Positions 23,171 through 35,897 of a stretch of 64,000 nt of DNA are shown in pieces. The DNA is from Yuukianura sp. NJ FZ-2021 (taxonomy: Eukaryota). The notes under the pieces were generated by a model, which was not told the DNA's origin, did no database searches, and was given only the letters and a program-made list of their open reading frames with translations. The first letter of the stretch is position 1; each line of letters starts with the position of its first letter. The translations under genes were made by a program, and so were the position numbers. The stretch lies in contig CM102283.1 in assembly GCA_046563655.1 (NCBI GenBank), positions 930,001 through 994,000 on the forward strand, in the 5' to 3' direction.

Positions 23171-23509
23171 TATATCAAATGATGTGATAAGTAAAATGTA
23201 ATTGAAACATTTCATTTTGAAGTGTGGTTCTGGATATACCATTTTTTCATGTGGGACTAATGAATTGTAGAACCCTGGCATACTCTGGTTTAACCAAAAG
23301 TCGAATCCACTCTCCATGTATACCACATCTTGCGTAGTAATTGGAAAATTGAATGGTTCAAAATCTATTTTGTTGGTGTTGATCAAGTGGATGTTACATT
23401 CGGTAGTAAATGGACTAAACCATGGATTTAAATCTATCCATTCTGATTTAGCAGTAGGTATCATACAACCAACGAACAACAATATGCAACTACATACAAA
23501 CCGAAACAT
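23171..23509 (-). pseudogene. 5' part (113 codons, with signal peptide) of the same split IR-like gene
   Basis: ATG at 23509 (MFRFVCSCILLFVGC), matching the paralog start at 12268. It joins in frame to 15121 (LLITSFDI|PESKI) to give a 793-aa ORF. Confidence 0.85.
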
Positions 23510-25015
23510 TTTCTGACTAAAAGTACGTACTGCCGTATTTGAAATGTTGATGAAAACTGTTGGCGATTTCTGTTTTACTGGGTAACGTTTTGCGGCATGA
23601 ACAAAATGGTGTTCCACATTGTTGTTTACACCAAAATACACAATTTACCACAAAATGAAATCCCAATGGCTTTTCTTACTCTCATGTGAATTTTAAAAAA
23701 GCACATCAAAAGTTCTCCTAAGCTTTGTTCATATACATACGTTATGGGTAGCTGCTTATTATTTATTTATTAACACCATACGTTTATGTTGAAAACTACA
23801 AACTTTTTTTTTTAAATAGCAGACATTGGCATGGCATACTCGTTCGTGCTGAATCAAATCCCTTCGCGGAGGGATATTGGAACAGGGAACTTCGTCGTCG
23901 TTTTTTGCACAAGTAAACAAAGCCTTGCCGACGTCCTGGTGTTTTGCTTAGAATCGAAATGAATGTTTCAGAATTGTTGGTTGGTTTATAAAACAAGATG
24001 GGGGTTAGGTTATGTAAAATTTAGCAAAAGCGGTTGAGGATTTTTCTAAGGAGCAAAATTTTAGAAATTCAAAATTTTACACATAAAAAACGATTGTTCG
24101 CGACTACTTTTCTTGTTGGCGTTAACTCTTAAGGGAGTTAAGGTATTTCAAATCCGAATGCATACACAACCTAATAGAATCTAACAACACATTTTGTACG
24201 TTCCACACTCTCACAAGGACACCCTCGAGTTAACTGTAAACTAGCAGTCAAATTTAGGATTCATTCGCGAAATTCATATTCCCCAATAGATTACAATCGG
24301 GATCGAGTAATCCATTGTGGAGTTCCGTTGCGCGTTAATGAAATTCGTATTTATATTTGACATTTTTGTAACCTATATTCTTAATCTGGTGAAGTTTCTG
24401 TTACAAATTGCTTAAATCGGATGCAAATTCAGAATTCAAAGTAAAATTTATAGTCGTTGGGCAAATTAAATTAATTGCCGGTTGTGTCACCATCTTTGTA
24501 TGTTTTTGTATAAATTCTGGAATTGAGTTTTTGCTCACACCTTACCGCCATACAACAATAATAATACTAAGCTAAGACCCAGCATAACATTATAATTTAA
24601 TATACTGATAATACAATGTACAATACAGTAACGTCCTGGAATACCAAAGTCCTCAACATAACTTTAGCCGTGAGGAAACAACGATTGTTTCCGTTTGAGT
24701 ATTAATGTAAATGTTTTCCCTGACTTAGTTGTGAACAATTTGTCTAACTTTAGTGTGTTAGGCTAGGTTAGGATTACATAAGTTTTAGCGTAGTTACCTT
24801 GCGCAGACATCTTATATCTTGGTAGTAAATACTATTTGCTCTAACGGTAGGTAGGTAGAAGGAATACAGACATTTGTACTAGTGACATTGGATGGCGAAA
24901 GGGAAAGTAATTTGTAAGAGGAGGTTTGGCTTTATGCCACAAAATTTGTATTGACTAGTATGTAGGACTTGCGGGAAAATTTAAAATTTTACAAATGGGT
25001 TGACTATCACTGAAA

Positions 25016-27025
25016 TTATTGAATCGGAGCCACTTGAGTGAAACAACTTTCATTTGCGCGTTCTACCTGTTGAGCTACGCCTATAGCCAGTGGCCTTCCG
25101 AATGCCACCATTGACTTGTCCACAATTGAAGGATCCTTGGTACACTGGTTGCCACCGAACTCACACAGTCTGTAGTGGTGTAGGAAGGCAAGGTGTGGTG
25201 GAACAAGAACAGTCGAGTAGCCTTGCGACATTTCCCAAATAAAGTGATTTCCAGCCTCGACAACTTTCTCGGGGTCACAAATATACTTTGACCTGCAAAA
25301 TATTTCAAAATTTGAAAACTAAGCAAAAACCAGAATAATGCTTCAAGTACCTTTGTTTGTGCGGATGAAGTCTTGACTTTCTTCTTAGTTTCTGAAGAGT
25401 GAGCAATTGGTGACTAAGGGAATCTGCTAGTGGATAGTTTGTTAAGTTGTAACTAGTTGAATTTCCCGCGTCGTTTGGCCACTGAAGGTAAAAGAATCCG
25501 TTCTGGAAGGAGTAGGCTGCAATGTTCTTCTTTTTTGATACAGCCCTTACATCTCTCAGTAGTTGATAGTAGTTGGCAGCTCTGTTCGGCACGATCATTT
25601 CGTCAAAGTCCACTAAAACCAAGTGTCTCGATTTCCCTTTAAAAGTTCAAAGTAATTACAAAATAAAGTAATTACTTTTAACGTAATTTAGACATACTTG
25701 TATTTACTTAATGGAGTCTTACCGCGATGTCTGTAGATGCAGTCGTTGAGCGCAGCGAAGAGGCCTTCTGTCCGAATCTCCTTCTGTGACGTCATAGGGA
25801 GTCTCCATGGAAGAACTGTAACGAGGTCTTTATAGACACTGCGCAGAAGACACGACACACTCTCCCCAATAGTGTCGTTATAAAAAGTGAAATGACGAAC
25901 TCCCATGAGTCGATGAAACTCCATCCACTCCAGGAACTGCAGTCTCTTGTCATAACTAAAGTGAATAGGTTTCACACACGCTGAAAACTCAACGATCTTG
26001 TCAGAAGCAGCCTCCAGGCGACTCTGTCTCTGATTGTACTGTACGCGCAGAAGGTTCGAAGCCAAGCTGGACTTGGATGCAGTGGAAATTACTGAAACAT
26101 ACTCCGGCAGGCCATCTACCGGTGACAGGTGACAAAGTATGAAGCATGCGCTGAAAAATGAAAAACATCGGTTAAAAAATAAGTTGAAAACTAATTTGTA
26201 AAATTGAGGCAAAAAAATTTTTTTGTTCCAAAACAATTGTTTGGAGCGATTGAGATAGGCGAAGGCCGAGCGAGAATGTGAAGCATTCTTGTTTAACGTA
26301 ACCAAAACAAGTCATCGCAAGAACCGTTTATAACCAATCAAATTAAAAATTTAAAATTGGCGCCACCTAACCTGTATTTCAAATTCCAATTTTCGCGTAT
26401 CGGCCGCACGGTGGCGTTGGTCGTGTTGAAGTGGACTCCTGTGCTGTCGTACAGACGACATTGGACCCTCTGCCGACTCTTTGTCTTTGCCGCTCCAATG
26501 ACACGAACAATGTGCCTGAAATTACAGTTGCTCAATTACACCGACGTTTCAACTACAATTCCCCGAGTAATTATACCAATAATTACTACTTGTTCAATTA
26601 CTTGGAATGGTAATTTCTGTAATTACACTTGAGTTGTAATTGTTCTCAAGAATTAATTCTTACGTGGGTATTGCAATGTAGTAGGCAGAGTAGACAAAAA
26701 ACTTGTCCGAACTCCCAGCGACCGGTTGCCAGTCCGGTTGAATCGGACTTGTGTGAAGCTTGTGTCCAGTTACACTTAAGTTCGAATAGTCTTGGGCATC
26801 AGGGTCACTCGGTCTGACTATTCTGAAGACCTGCTTCAAATTGGATGTGACCTTTGACCCAGTGTCATAGAGACGCAAAAATGAGTCTTCTAGTGGAATG
26901 GAGTTTGCGTGTCCTGCTTTGTCCGTAACTGTCATGAAAAGAATGCAGAGCGCGAAGAAGCCGAGAGCGCATGGAAGAATCAGCAAAAACGGAAACCGAT
27001 TTCGGAGTCGATTTTTTCTGGCCAT
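25016..27025 (-). CDS. Glycosyltransferase family 92 (DUF23) type II membrane protein, about 5 coding exons
   Basis: N-terminal TM (FLLILPCALGFFALCILF), KFFVYSAYY, IRENWNLKYSA, ACVKPIHF, FLEWMEFHRLMGVRHFTFYN, EGLFAALNDC, a DxD motif in LVDFDEMIVP, and FLHHYR. Confidence 0.9.
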
Positions 27026-30000
27026 TGTGCACCACCAGACAGAAACAGAAGATGTCTCCTTATGTCTTCATATGTACTGAGCTGCCTGTGCGTACAGAAA
27101 TTATGAAAAAAAGAAGTTTTTTTTTAAGTTTAAAAAAGTGTTCTAAGTTTTTTAAAAATAGAAATTAAAAATTCGAATTACTTACCTTGTCTTTTAGAAT
27201 CACAGTATGTCATGTTTACATTCACGGAAATTGGAAAAAACTGGCAAAGGTCAAAGGTCATTTGAAATAAAAAGTTTACGGTGCGTTACTTTAGTGTAGT
27301 TAACGCTGTTTGAGCTCTTGTCTCTTACTTGTACTCGTGTTAGGTGAAAAATGTACAAACTGACATACGTTCTGTCAACTGTGATAACCTTAGACATGTA
27401 TTGTGCCTGTGTTTAAAAACTACTTTAAAGTAAACCTGCAAGTTTGGTGCAATTCAAAAACCTATGGAGTTGCTAAGCTACTGCAGAGATCAGAATTCTA
27501 TGTGCATTTCACGAGTGGTAAAAAGTGAAAGCAGTTCGGGTTATTCGGAGTGACCGAGGAGAGAGCGTGGGAAAAATGTGCTAACAAGCAACAAATCTGC
27601 TTCGCCCTGCGCACTATACAACATCCACTGACGCAAAACGACACTTTTGTTCTAATTATTCTCATAACTTTCATTTCTAAAGTTAACAAAAATTGTAAAT
27701 CAAAAATCAGATTCAAAATTGTACAAAATCTTAATAAATTGTACTAAAAAAACAAGTTTATTGTAAAAAATTATTAATTTGTAGTAAAAATTAATTATTT
27801 AAATTGTTTAAATCGCACCCTACTCACCTCAACCATTATGTGTTCATGCTATTGTTTGTGTGGGAACGTAAGTTGTGGACCGTGGAAGTTTTACTCACAG
27901 CATCTGCCTGTACCTGCATAAGGTAGGTCCCTCACCCCGTACAAAATCATCCCCGCTGCCTCACTGCACATTTTCTTCCTTTTTTGGTCCAACTGCCTCT
28001 TTGTTCTTCAACTTTACCTTTTGCAGCCACTCTGTTCACGCTCTCCCTCCAGTCCACAACACCGTGTCACTCACGTAACAACGCACACGGTCACGCAAAA
28101 CCGTGGTTTCACTTAAGACTGCGTTTGCAGACTCAAGCACTTCTGCGTAGAATGTGCGAGTGAGGCTTAAGGCTCAGCGGGTGGCGCCATCTGAGAGTCA
28201 CGACGAATTCCAGCAGTAATGGACAAAAGGACTTTGGGATTTTTTGAATGCTGAAGCTTAGCTTTTGTGCAAAGCACAAGTCAGTTGAGCTCCTTCACCG
28301 AAGCATCTTCAGTTCGACAGCAACGTGCTTACAATTGGCTGACTTTTCATCGGAATTGTCTGAATTTGTCTGACTTGTCCTTGAAATTGTTCGGTTTTGT
28401 CAAATTCTCAGTAGTTTCTGATCTGTCTGATGAAAACACAAAATGGCTGGACTCATTCGCCTCTTTTCACGCCGGAACACTTCGTAAGTTTCAAAATTTA
28501 GTTCAAAATTTTCATAATTTTTTTCTTTGGATCAAGCTTTCGCAAATTGCTAAATTCACGTCAAACTTATCATAATTTTTTGGAGGGTTGATTCTCTGAT
28601 GATGAGAGTTTTTGAGTGTTTTAAGTGCAGCACTCAAGCTAAAGCGCCCCTGGCAAAAACTGATTCACCTTAGTCGACCTTTACTTTTTTTTTAGTTGCA
28701 AAATGGAACTTAAAAAATGACTATAAAAAGAGATATAAAAAAATCTGAAGAAAGTTTTACGCCTCAACCACATGCCGTGCCCGGAATTAAAGTTTTGATT
28801 TCTTGACAAGAAATTTTGAAATTCAAAAATTATTGCAGTTGAAAACACAATTCCATGGCACGAAGTGGTCGGTGTGTTTTGAAATTTTGAACAAAAGATT
28901 TTGAAATACTTTTGATCTCCACCCAATTCCTTGAGGCTTGAGTTTATATTTTTCCTTGAGTGTGATTTGATATATGACTACTTTTGGAATCAGTTTGAGG
29001 ATCAGTCACACTCTCACTCACACCCATATCACACTTCGCCACACTTCAACTCACTTGCATAGCTTTTACTTCGTCAACTACCTCAAAACCTAATCTTAAC
29101 CTAATGCCTAACGTTAGCCTAACGATGAACAATTTTACGAGCAGGAACAAAAGATGTGTTAAAGCTAAGGAATGAAGGCGCAAGGTGTGTGGCTGGAAGG
29201 GAAAGGAAAAGGGCGTGGAACTTCGTCTGGAAACGTGCAGCATTTTCAAGGGCTCCAAGGGCTCGTTCCATTCATTTCCTGCCTTTTCTTGCTCATTTAA
29301 AGGGCCTCTTCTCCGTGCCGCAAAGGGCCCCGCGGAGCCCTTCGAAGTTTGAAGTCTCATTTTTTCAGTTTCAAAGAAATTCCTTCAAGATTTCTGATAA
29401 AAATTCTCCCCCCTGCGCACTATACAAAGTTTTTGACCAATTTTGAGGGTTATTCAAAACGCGTACAAATGCGTGTATGTAAAAATGTAGGCCCTTTTAT
29501 AATATTGATTTGAATGTTTCAAAATTCCGAGGGTGCGCGTTATACAACAGAGAGATGGAAAGTGATCATGTGCAGTACAATGTGTAATGTATAACTTAAA
29601 AGAATGTGATTATGTACGGTGTATAACGCGCAACAAATTCTTTTCTTTTTTTGAGCAAAAAGAGTGTCATGAATTAGCTCATTCATTTCACACCGTTTTT
29701 GGTGTGACACCTTTTTTCTTGTAATTGAGAACCACAATGTTACACAATTGGATGCTGATTAGTAGGTCGATTGGATTTGGTGTCAATGGCAATTCTGAAT
29801 TGGCAAAATGCTTTTGAAAAGAAACAAATATAGTAATTGCAATTGCAATTTATATTCTATTTTGTACAAAAAACGACAGCATTCCTTTGTTTGTACTCAA
29901 AAGCATCTCTTTCTTTCATGTTATTTCTTTCACAAGGTTATGTTTTTTTTTTCACTGCCTTGAAAGCCGTAAAGGAATCCACTTTGGAAAATATGAAAAA

Positions 30001-31699
30001 TGAAAAAAAGTTGATGAGTTTTTTGATTGTTTGTAGAAGACCATTAATTTTCTGGTCTCAATTTCTCATACATAGATGGATAGTGTACACCTTCGTAAGA
30101 GGTAATTTTGCTCATTTTGAGTCTTTGCGCCAAGTTTCAATTTTTTTTGTGTAAGTTGTAATTTCCAATTTGTAATTTCTTGTTTAGACTCTGGCAAAAT
30201 GTTCCGCTCATCCTTCTTTTACAACTTTTTAAAAGGGCTGTAATGGCCCTCTCTTCGACGTTCGTAAAAGTCTTACTAGCTTCAGGGATAAAAGTTCGAC
30301 CGTTTTTTTTTTAAAATGGTGGATTTTGAAAAGTTCCCGCCAGTGAAGGAGCCAATTGTTTGCCAGTGGTGCTAAACTTGGCATTGACGGAAACAAAGGG
30401 TGAGGGAGATTTTGAAATGAGGTGTGGAAATATTCAGATCTCGAGAATCAGTCAAGGAGAAACAAGAATTTAATTCCCAGGGGCACAAGGCTCTGTGCAT
30501 GACTTTGGACTTTTGGACGTCTTCGTCTCGCTTAAAAACCTACCTCTGTGAAAACGTTCGGAAATTACTCGTTCTCTATGGTTGTTTGAACGCTTTTTGA
30601 CTCATCGCCTACTCACAAAAATTCAACTTCTCAGAATTTCTTTATAAAGGGGTGAAAAGGAACCAAAACATTCTTTACGAAGATTCATTGTCAGGGTAGA
30701 CGCAAAGAAAACTCACAAACCGTAAAAAATTTTCTAGAAAAAGAAAAAGCCACGGTTTTCTATAATTTGCTAATACGAAACGCGCAAAACAGATTTTCCG
30801 GGCATGAGGAATTTTTTTGCATAAGCCGGAAAGATTTTCTACGCAGGCGCAGAAAGAATTTCGAAAAACCGCAATGATTTTGTAGACATTCGTGAACAGA
30901 GTTCCGAAACCCGCAAAGATTATCCAAGGAGCCGGAGAAAGATTTTCCACGCAAAAGCAAAGAAATGAACCGTACCAGGCAGTCCCAAAAATTTTATAAC
31001 CATAGCTAAAGAAATTTTTTAAAAGATTTTTTAAGAAAATGTTAAGATTTTCTACTGAACAGAGAGAAATGTTTTCGACGAAGCTGATTAGACCACCCGC
31101 ACGAAAACTTATGCCACTTTTTTTTTGTTTTAGAATGTTTTGTGAGATTTTTAATTAGTTAGCTACTCAGAAGGTGTTAAATTCCGCACGTTGAAACTAA
31201 AAGGTTTTTACATAACGGCACCACCTCTTCTCTCCATAATTTCAAAGATGGACTTAGTACAAAAAAGTCTGGTGTTGTAATAACGTTGCCCTTTTGGAAA
31301 ATGTTTAAAAGTTCACTACGTCTGTCGCAGGAAAGTTGGAATTAAAAAATGCGATCTTGAGTGCTACATAAAAACTTCACAATTTGGCGTCTTGACACCA
31401 CCGTTTTCACGCACATTTGCACATTTATGTAACAGCCATCAATCAATATGGAACGTGCTTGAAACTGAGTTAACTTTTTTCTTCCTGTTTTTCCTCTTAA
31501 AGCCACAAAACGGGTTTTTGTTAAAAGGCAAAATGCCGACGAGCGGCATGAGGTCATGGGCAGCTTTTCTGGTTTCAAGTTTCCTGTCGAAAACATTTCA
31601 AAGGCAGAGGCTTGTGCAGGAGAGTTTTGCGCAGGTTGAGCATTACCTTCCATGCCATTTCCCCGACTGAATTCCCTAGAAACGAATTACTTTGAAACA

Positions 31700-31861
31700 C
31701 GAATTACACCGAAAAATAGTTTACGATGCAAACTAAACCTAACATAACAACTTCTAGAAAGCTAACCTTAACAACCTATAACTTCATGATTTCTACGCTT
31801 AACATAAGCTAACCTAACTTATCGTTAGTTTACTCTACCATGACTTTTTCGGTGTAATTCG
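31700..31861. mobile_element. Small MITE-like element with 17-bp inverted repeats
   Basis: CGAATTACACCGAAAAA (31700-31716) and TTTTTCGGTGTAATTCG (31845-31861) flank an AACCT-rich interior. Confidence 0.5.
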
Positions 31862-32102
31862 CTGTGCCTAAGGTTTCCATACTAATGATTTGAACGCATA
31901 TGCGAATTTCGATATTTTTCCAACAGCATCTGCCGTGGATTCATGACAAGTTGTAGTAATACCATTCTGCAGGGAAACTACTCTAACCGCAAACCACTAA
32001 CGGTGTGCGGATTCTTATACAAAATGTTTCAAACATCTTTTATTGAAAATTAAATTCGGATGGAATACTACTTTAATGAAACTCATACAACTGTGCACAA
32101 CG

Positions 32103-32829
32103 ATATTGTGGTCAAAATTAATTGTGTACAATGCAATTGATACGCCCTCAGTACTAACTGTTAACGACGCGGGTTTCTAACGAAGACTACAGCATACCTA
32201 TATTGGTTCTTTAACTACGACGTCTCTTGCTCACTGAAAGGACGTTTAACAGCGTATGGTCAACTCAGTATTTTTCACGCTGTGGGGTTCTTGCTACCAC
32301 AATATTATGGTCAAAATTAATTGTGTACAATGCAGTTGATACGCCCTCAGTACTAACTGTTAACGACGCGGGTTTCTAACGAAGACTACAGCATACCTAT
32401 ATTCGTTCTTTACCTACGACGTCTCTTGCTCACTGAAGAAACGTTAACAGCGTATGGTCAACTCAGTATTTTGCACGCTGTGGGGTTCTTGCTACCACAA
32501 TATTGTGGTCAAAATTGATTATGTACAATGCAATTGATACGCCCTCAGTACTAACTGTTAACGACGCGGGTTTCTAACGAAGACTACAGCATACCTATAT
32601 TGGTTCTTTACATACGACGTCTCTTGCTCACTGAAAGGACGTTAACAGCGTATGGTCAACTCAGTATTTTGCACGCTGTGGGGTTCTTGCTACCACAATA
32701 TTATGGTCAAAATTAATTGTGTACAATGCAATTGATACGCCCTCAGTACTAACTGTTAACGACGCGGGTTTCTAACGAAGACTACAGCATACCTATATTC
32801 GTTCTTTACCTATGACGTCTCCTGCTCAC
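32103..32829. repeat. Tandem repeat, ~198-bp unit x ~3.7
   Basis: Units begin ATATTRTGGTCAAAATT at 32103, 32302, 32500 and 32698 and are nearly identical. Confidence 0.95.
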
Positions 32830-33276
32830 CGCGAATTTGTTTTGGTGTCCATTACACTCAAAATATTTTTTAATTTGAAATTGACGAACGCAAGGGCTCG
32901 CATATCCGTTCTGAAATTTATAAGCGCCGTTTCGGTCCATGAATCCTGTGAAAGCGATTTTTCATCGTTATTGTTGAACGGCTTTGTGGCCGGCATATAT
33001 ATGTTTATAAGAGGGGGCTCACTACCTATTGATTAGGATAGTGAGGCCCACGCTGAGCATGCGCTATTTGGCATATTTCAGTCTCTCCTAGAAAAACAGC
33101 GTTATTCTATCGGGGTATCCCTCTGCTTTCCCCGATTTAACCTCCCTGACTTCTTTTTGTTTGCGGCCGGCAAGTCTAAGTCATATTAATTATCAACTCT
33201 TTCCAGAACTTTTCAGTGCTCAACCTTTGAGCACTGTCCTACCTTATTGTTTCCGCAAATTCCCGACTTATTCGGT

Positions 33277-33750
33277 AGGACCCGTGTGCGTAGTTTGACT
33301 TGATGCAAAACCAATTCATAAGGTATATAATTAAATGTAATTACCGCTATTGTGTTTTATGAATTTGTGGCGGTTAAGTTCATTGTGAAATAACAACGTA
33401 ACTGTGAGCGGTTAAACGTATTGCATAGATTAGTCACTCTTGGAACGCGATGCAACGTCAATTTTTCCGTTGATTGCACATTCTTTCCTTAGGACCGATG
33501 TGCTTAAGTTTGACTTGGTACAAAACCAATTCATAAGGTATATACTTCAACGTAATCACCGCTATTGTGTTTTATGAATTTGTGGCGGTTAAGTTCGTTG
33601 TGAAATAACAACGTCAATGTGAGCGGTTAAACGTATTGCACGGATTGGTCACTCTCGGAACGCGAAGCGACGTCAATTTTTCCGTAAATTGCCGACTTTT
33701 TCCTTAGGACCCATGAGCATAGTCTGACTTGGCACAAAACGAACTCATAA
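33277..33750. repeat. Tandem repeat, ~214-bp unit x ~2.2
   Basis: Units begin TAGGACC at 33277, 33490 and 33705. More diverged than the adjacent array. Confidence 0.9.
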
Positions 33751-35897
33751 TGTAAGTAATTTTAATTTAAGCGTTTGATATTTAAAATATGTTTAACAAA
33801 CCATTTAGGTATTAGATCGCATTGTTTTTTCTGGTCATAGGAGTTCAGTCATACAAGTCATAGACAAGCTTCATATATTAAAATTATATCCCCAAAAATT
33901 GGTTTTATCAAAGCGAAACAATTGAAGTCCTAAAGTTTTGCAAATCGAATACTTCGAACGATATTATTCAACCAACTTTTCCAAAAACGCGAATGAGTAT
34001 TCCGAAATTAAAGTTCATCATTTGCAAAGTTGAAGAGACATGCCGACATGCGTAATTGACGTTATCACAGAGTAAACTCGCCGTAGAGTCTTGCGCTATT
34101 TAAGCATTTCTATAAATGTGCGAAGATTGTAACATTTTCGAAAGGAGAGCTTAAAAATTAAAGTTTGGATTTTGAGGAGTTGGATAGACATGTATAATGG
34201 AACATTTTGCAAAGAGCATGCGCGGTAGAAGCTTATTGAAAATTCTTTGTTAGTTAAATGTAGAAGTAGGAAGTTTTAGTGGGACTTTTGAGTGGAATTT
34301 GCAAAGATGGGAATTAGATGGGAGATAAACCGAGAGAATTGTAGTGTGGGAAAGACAAAGAGAAAATCCTCCATCTTTTCTTAGAACTGTAATTGTCAAG
34401 ACACTCTCTAACCCCATTGTTCTTTTTCTTTTTTGCAAAATAGTTACTCCCTCCATCCAAGAACGCAACTTTTGCCAATTTTTCTTATTTTCCTTCCTAA
34501 GTCTTGTGGACGTTGTTGTGTCGTGGCGTTAAAAATGAAATTTTTGCTCTAATCGCCTTAACCCGCGCTCTCCAATTTTACTGTTCTTTATATTGTCATA
34601 AATTTTCTCACAATTGTCAAGATTTAAGTTTTCGAAAAAATGTTAATGGGGCAAGCGTCTGTATTTTTCCTAGTTTGTGATGGCGAAGTGAAAAAAAAAC
34701 TTTCAACAAAATCATTAAAATCTAAATCACGAGTTTTTTTTTATTCTGCCAAGGATTTCAACGAAGCTTTGAATACAAAGTATATTCTTGTTTCAAATTT
34801 CTTAATTCGCGCCGTTTCTTAAAATTTTTAAGGTGAAATGTTATTTATCTAAAGTAGCTAAAGTTTAAATAAAAATTGAATTCTTGAATTGATACGACGT
34901 GTTAGCAGCGCCATCTCTTAAGAAGCTTTGTAACTTCAAGTACAGTTTTCACTTGAAAACATCTATTGAAAACTTTCAAGAGATCTTCGTTAGGTGGAGA
35001 TCGTGTTGGATTCTGAAATGCCTTTCACAAAAGTTTTGTAATTTTGAAAATGCTTCCGAATTTGAAACATTTTCGTAGTTTGACACTTTGAAAACTTCAA
35101 ATGAGAAAAGTTAGAATGTATTTATGATTAACGTGAGTAGATTAAATCTTGATTGTCTTTGTAGATCCAGGTCAAAGGTCATTCATTTGAATTGGATTTA
35201 GTTTAGTTGTTGATTTGAGATTTGAATCGAGGCGGGATTTGCAAATGTTTTTTTTTTTACTTTAAGCGGATGAATAAGGAGGAATTGAGACAATACCGTT
35301 ATGAGATGCGGATCGTGACAACAACGGAATGTTGGATCTCTTGCTGCGTCTGACCTTTATGTGTTCCATCTTGTAACTAAAGCATCACTCCCACACAAAA
35401 ATATAACTAACACACCCAAACACAAACAAAAGAAACACGGATACTTCAGTTTCTTAACTTTATTGCTCCATCAATTCCTAATTTTAATTGAAAAGTTAAT
35501 TGACTTTGGACCAATCACAAAGAAAGTCTCCTTTGTACTCAACTTGTTCTTCAATTAACTCCAACACAGTAATTATCTATTGTAATTTTGTTATTTATTA
35601 TTTATATTACCAGCATAATCTTAATTCACATCCGCTCAAGGTTTCAACTTTTTTTTTACTTTCGTGCATGCGAATTTTTTCAGTTTTTTTTTATGTAGCA
35701 AGATTGATTTTTGTGTGTGCCATTCCGGCATAACGCAACGCAGCTCGATTTTCTGTGTATCAACTTTTCCGTTTTTTGTATTAACTTTTAAATTAATTGT
35801 TGTTTTTTATAACTGATTACCATATTTTAATTGCAGAACTGACATTGAGACGACTGATGGACGGGAGCATGCGCGATCGCGATCAGCATCAATCGAC

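Noticed and set aside
23510-23641. N-terminal extension of the 182-aa ORF
   Set aside because: It has a non-ATG start, and the paralog has an in-frame stop just upstream of the equivalent ATG.
28184-28197. GCGCCATCT CTCF-like motif (also ~34908)
   Set aside because: Only a partial match, and it cannot be supported without ChIP or PWM data.
28420-28610. CTGATGA hammerhead ribozyme cores (also ~54135)
   Set aside because: No properly placed GAAA or flanking helices.
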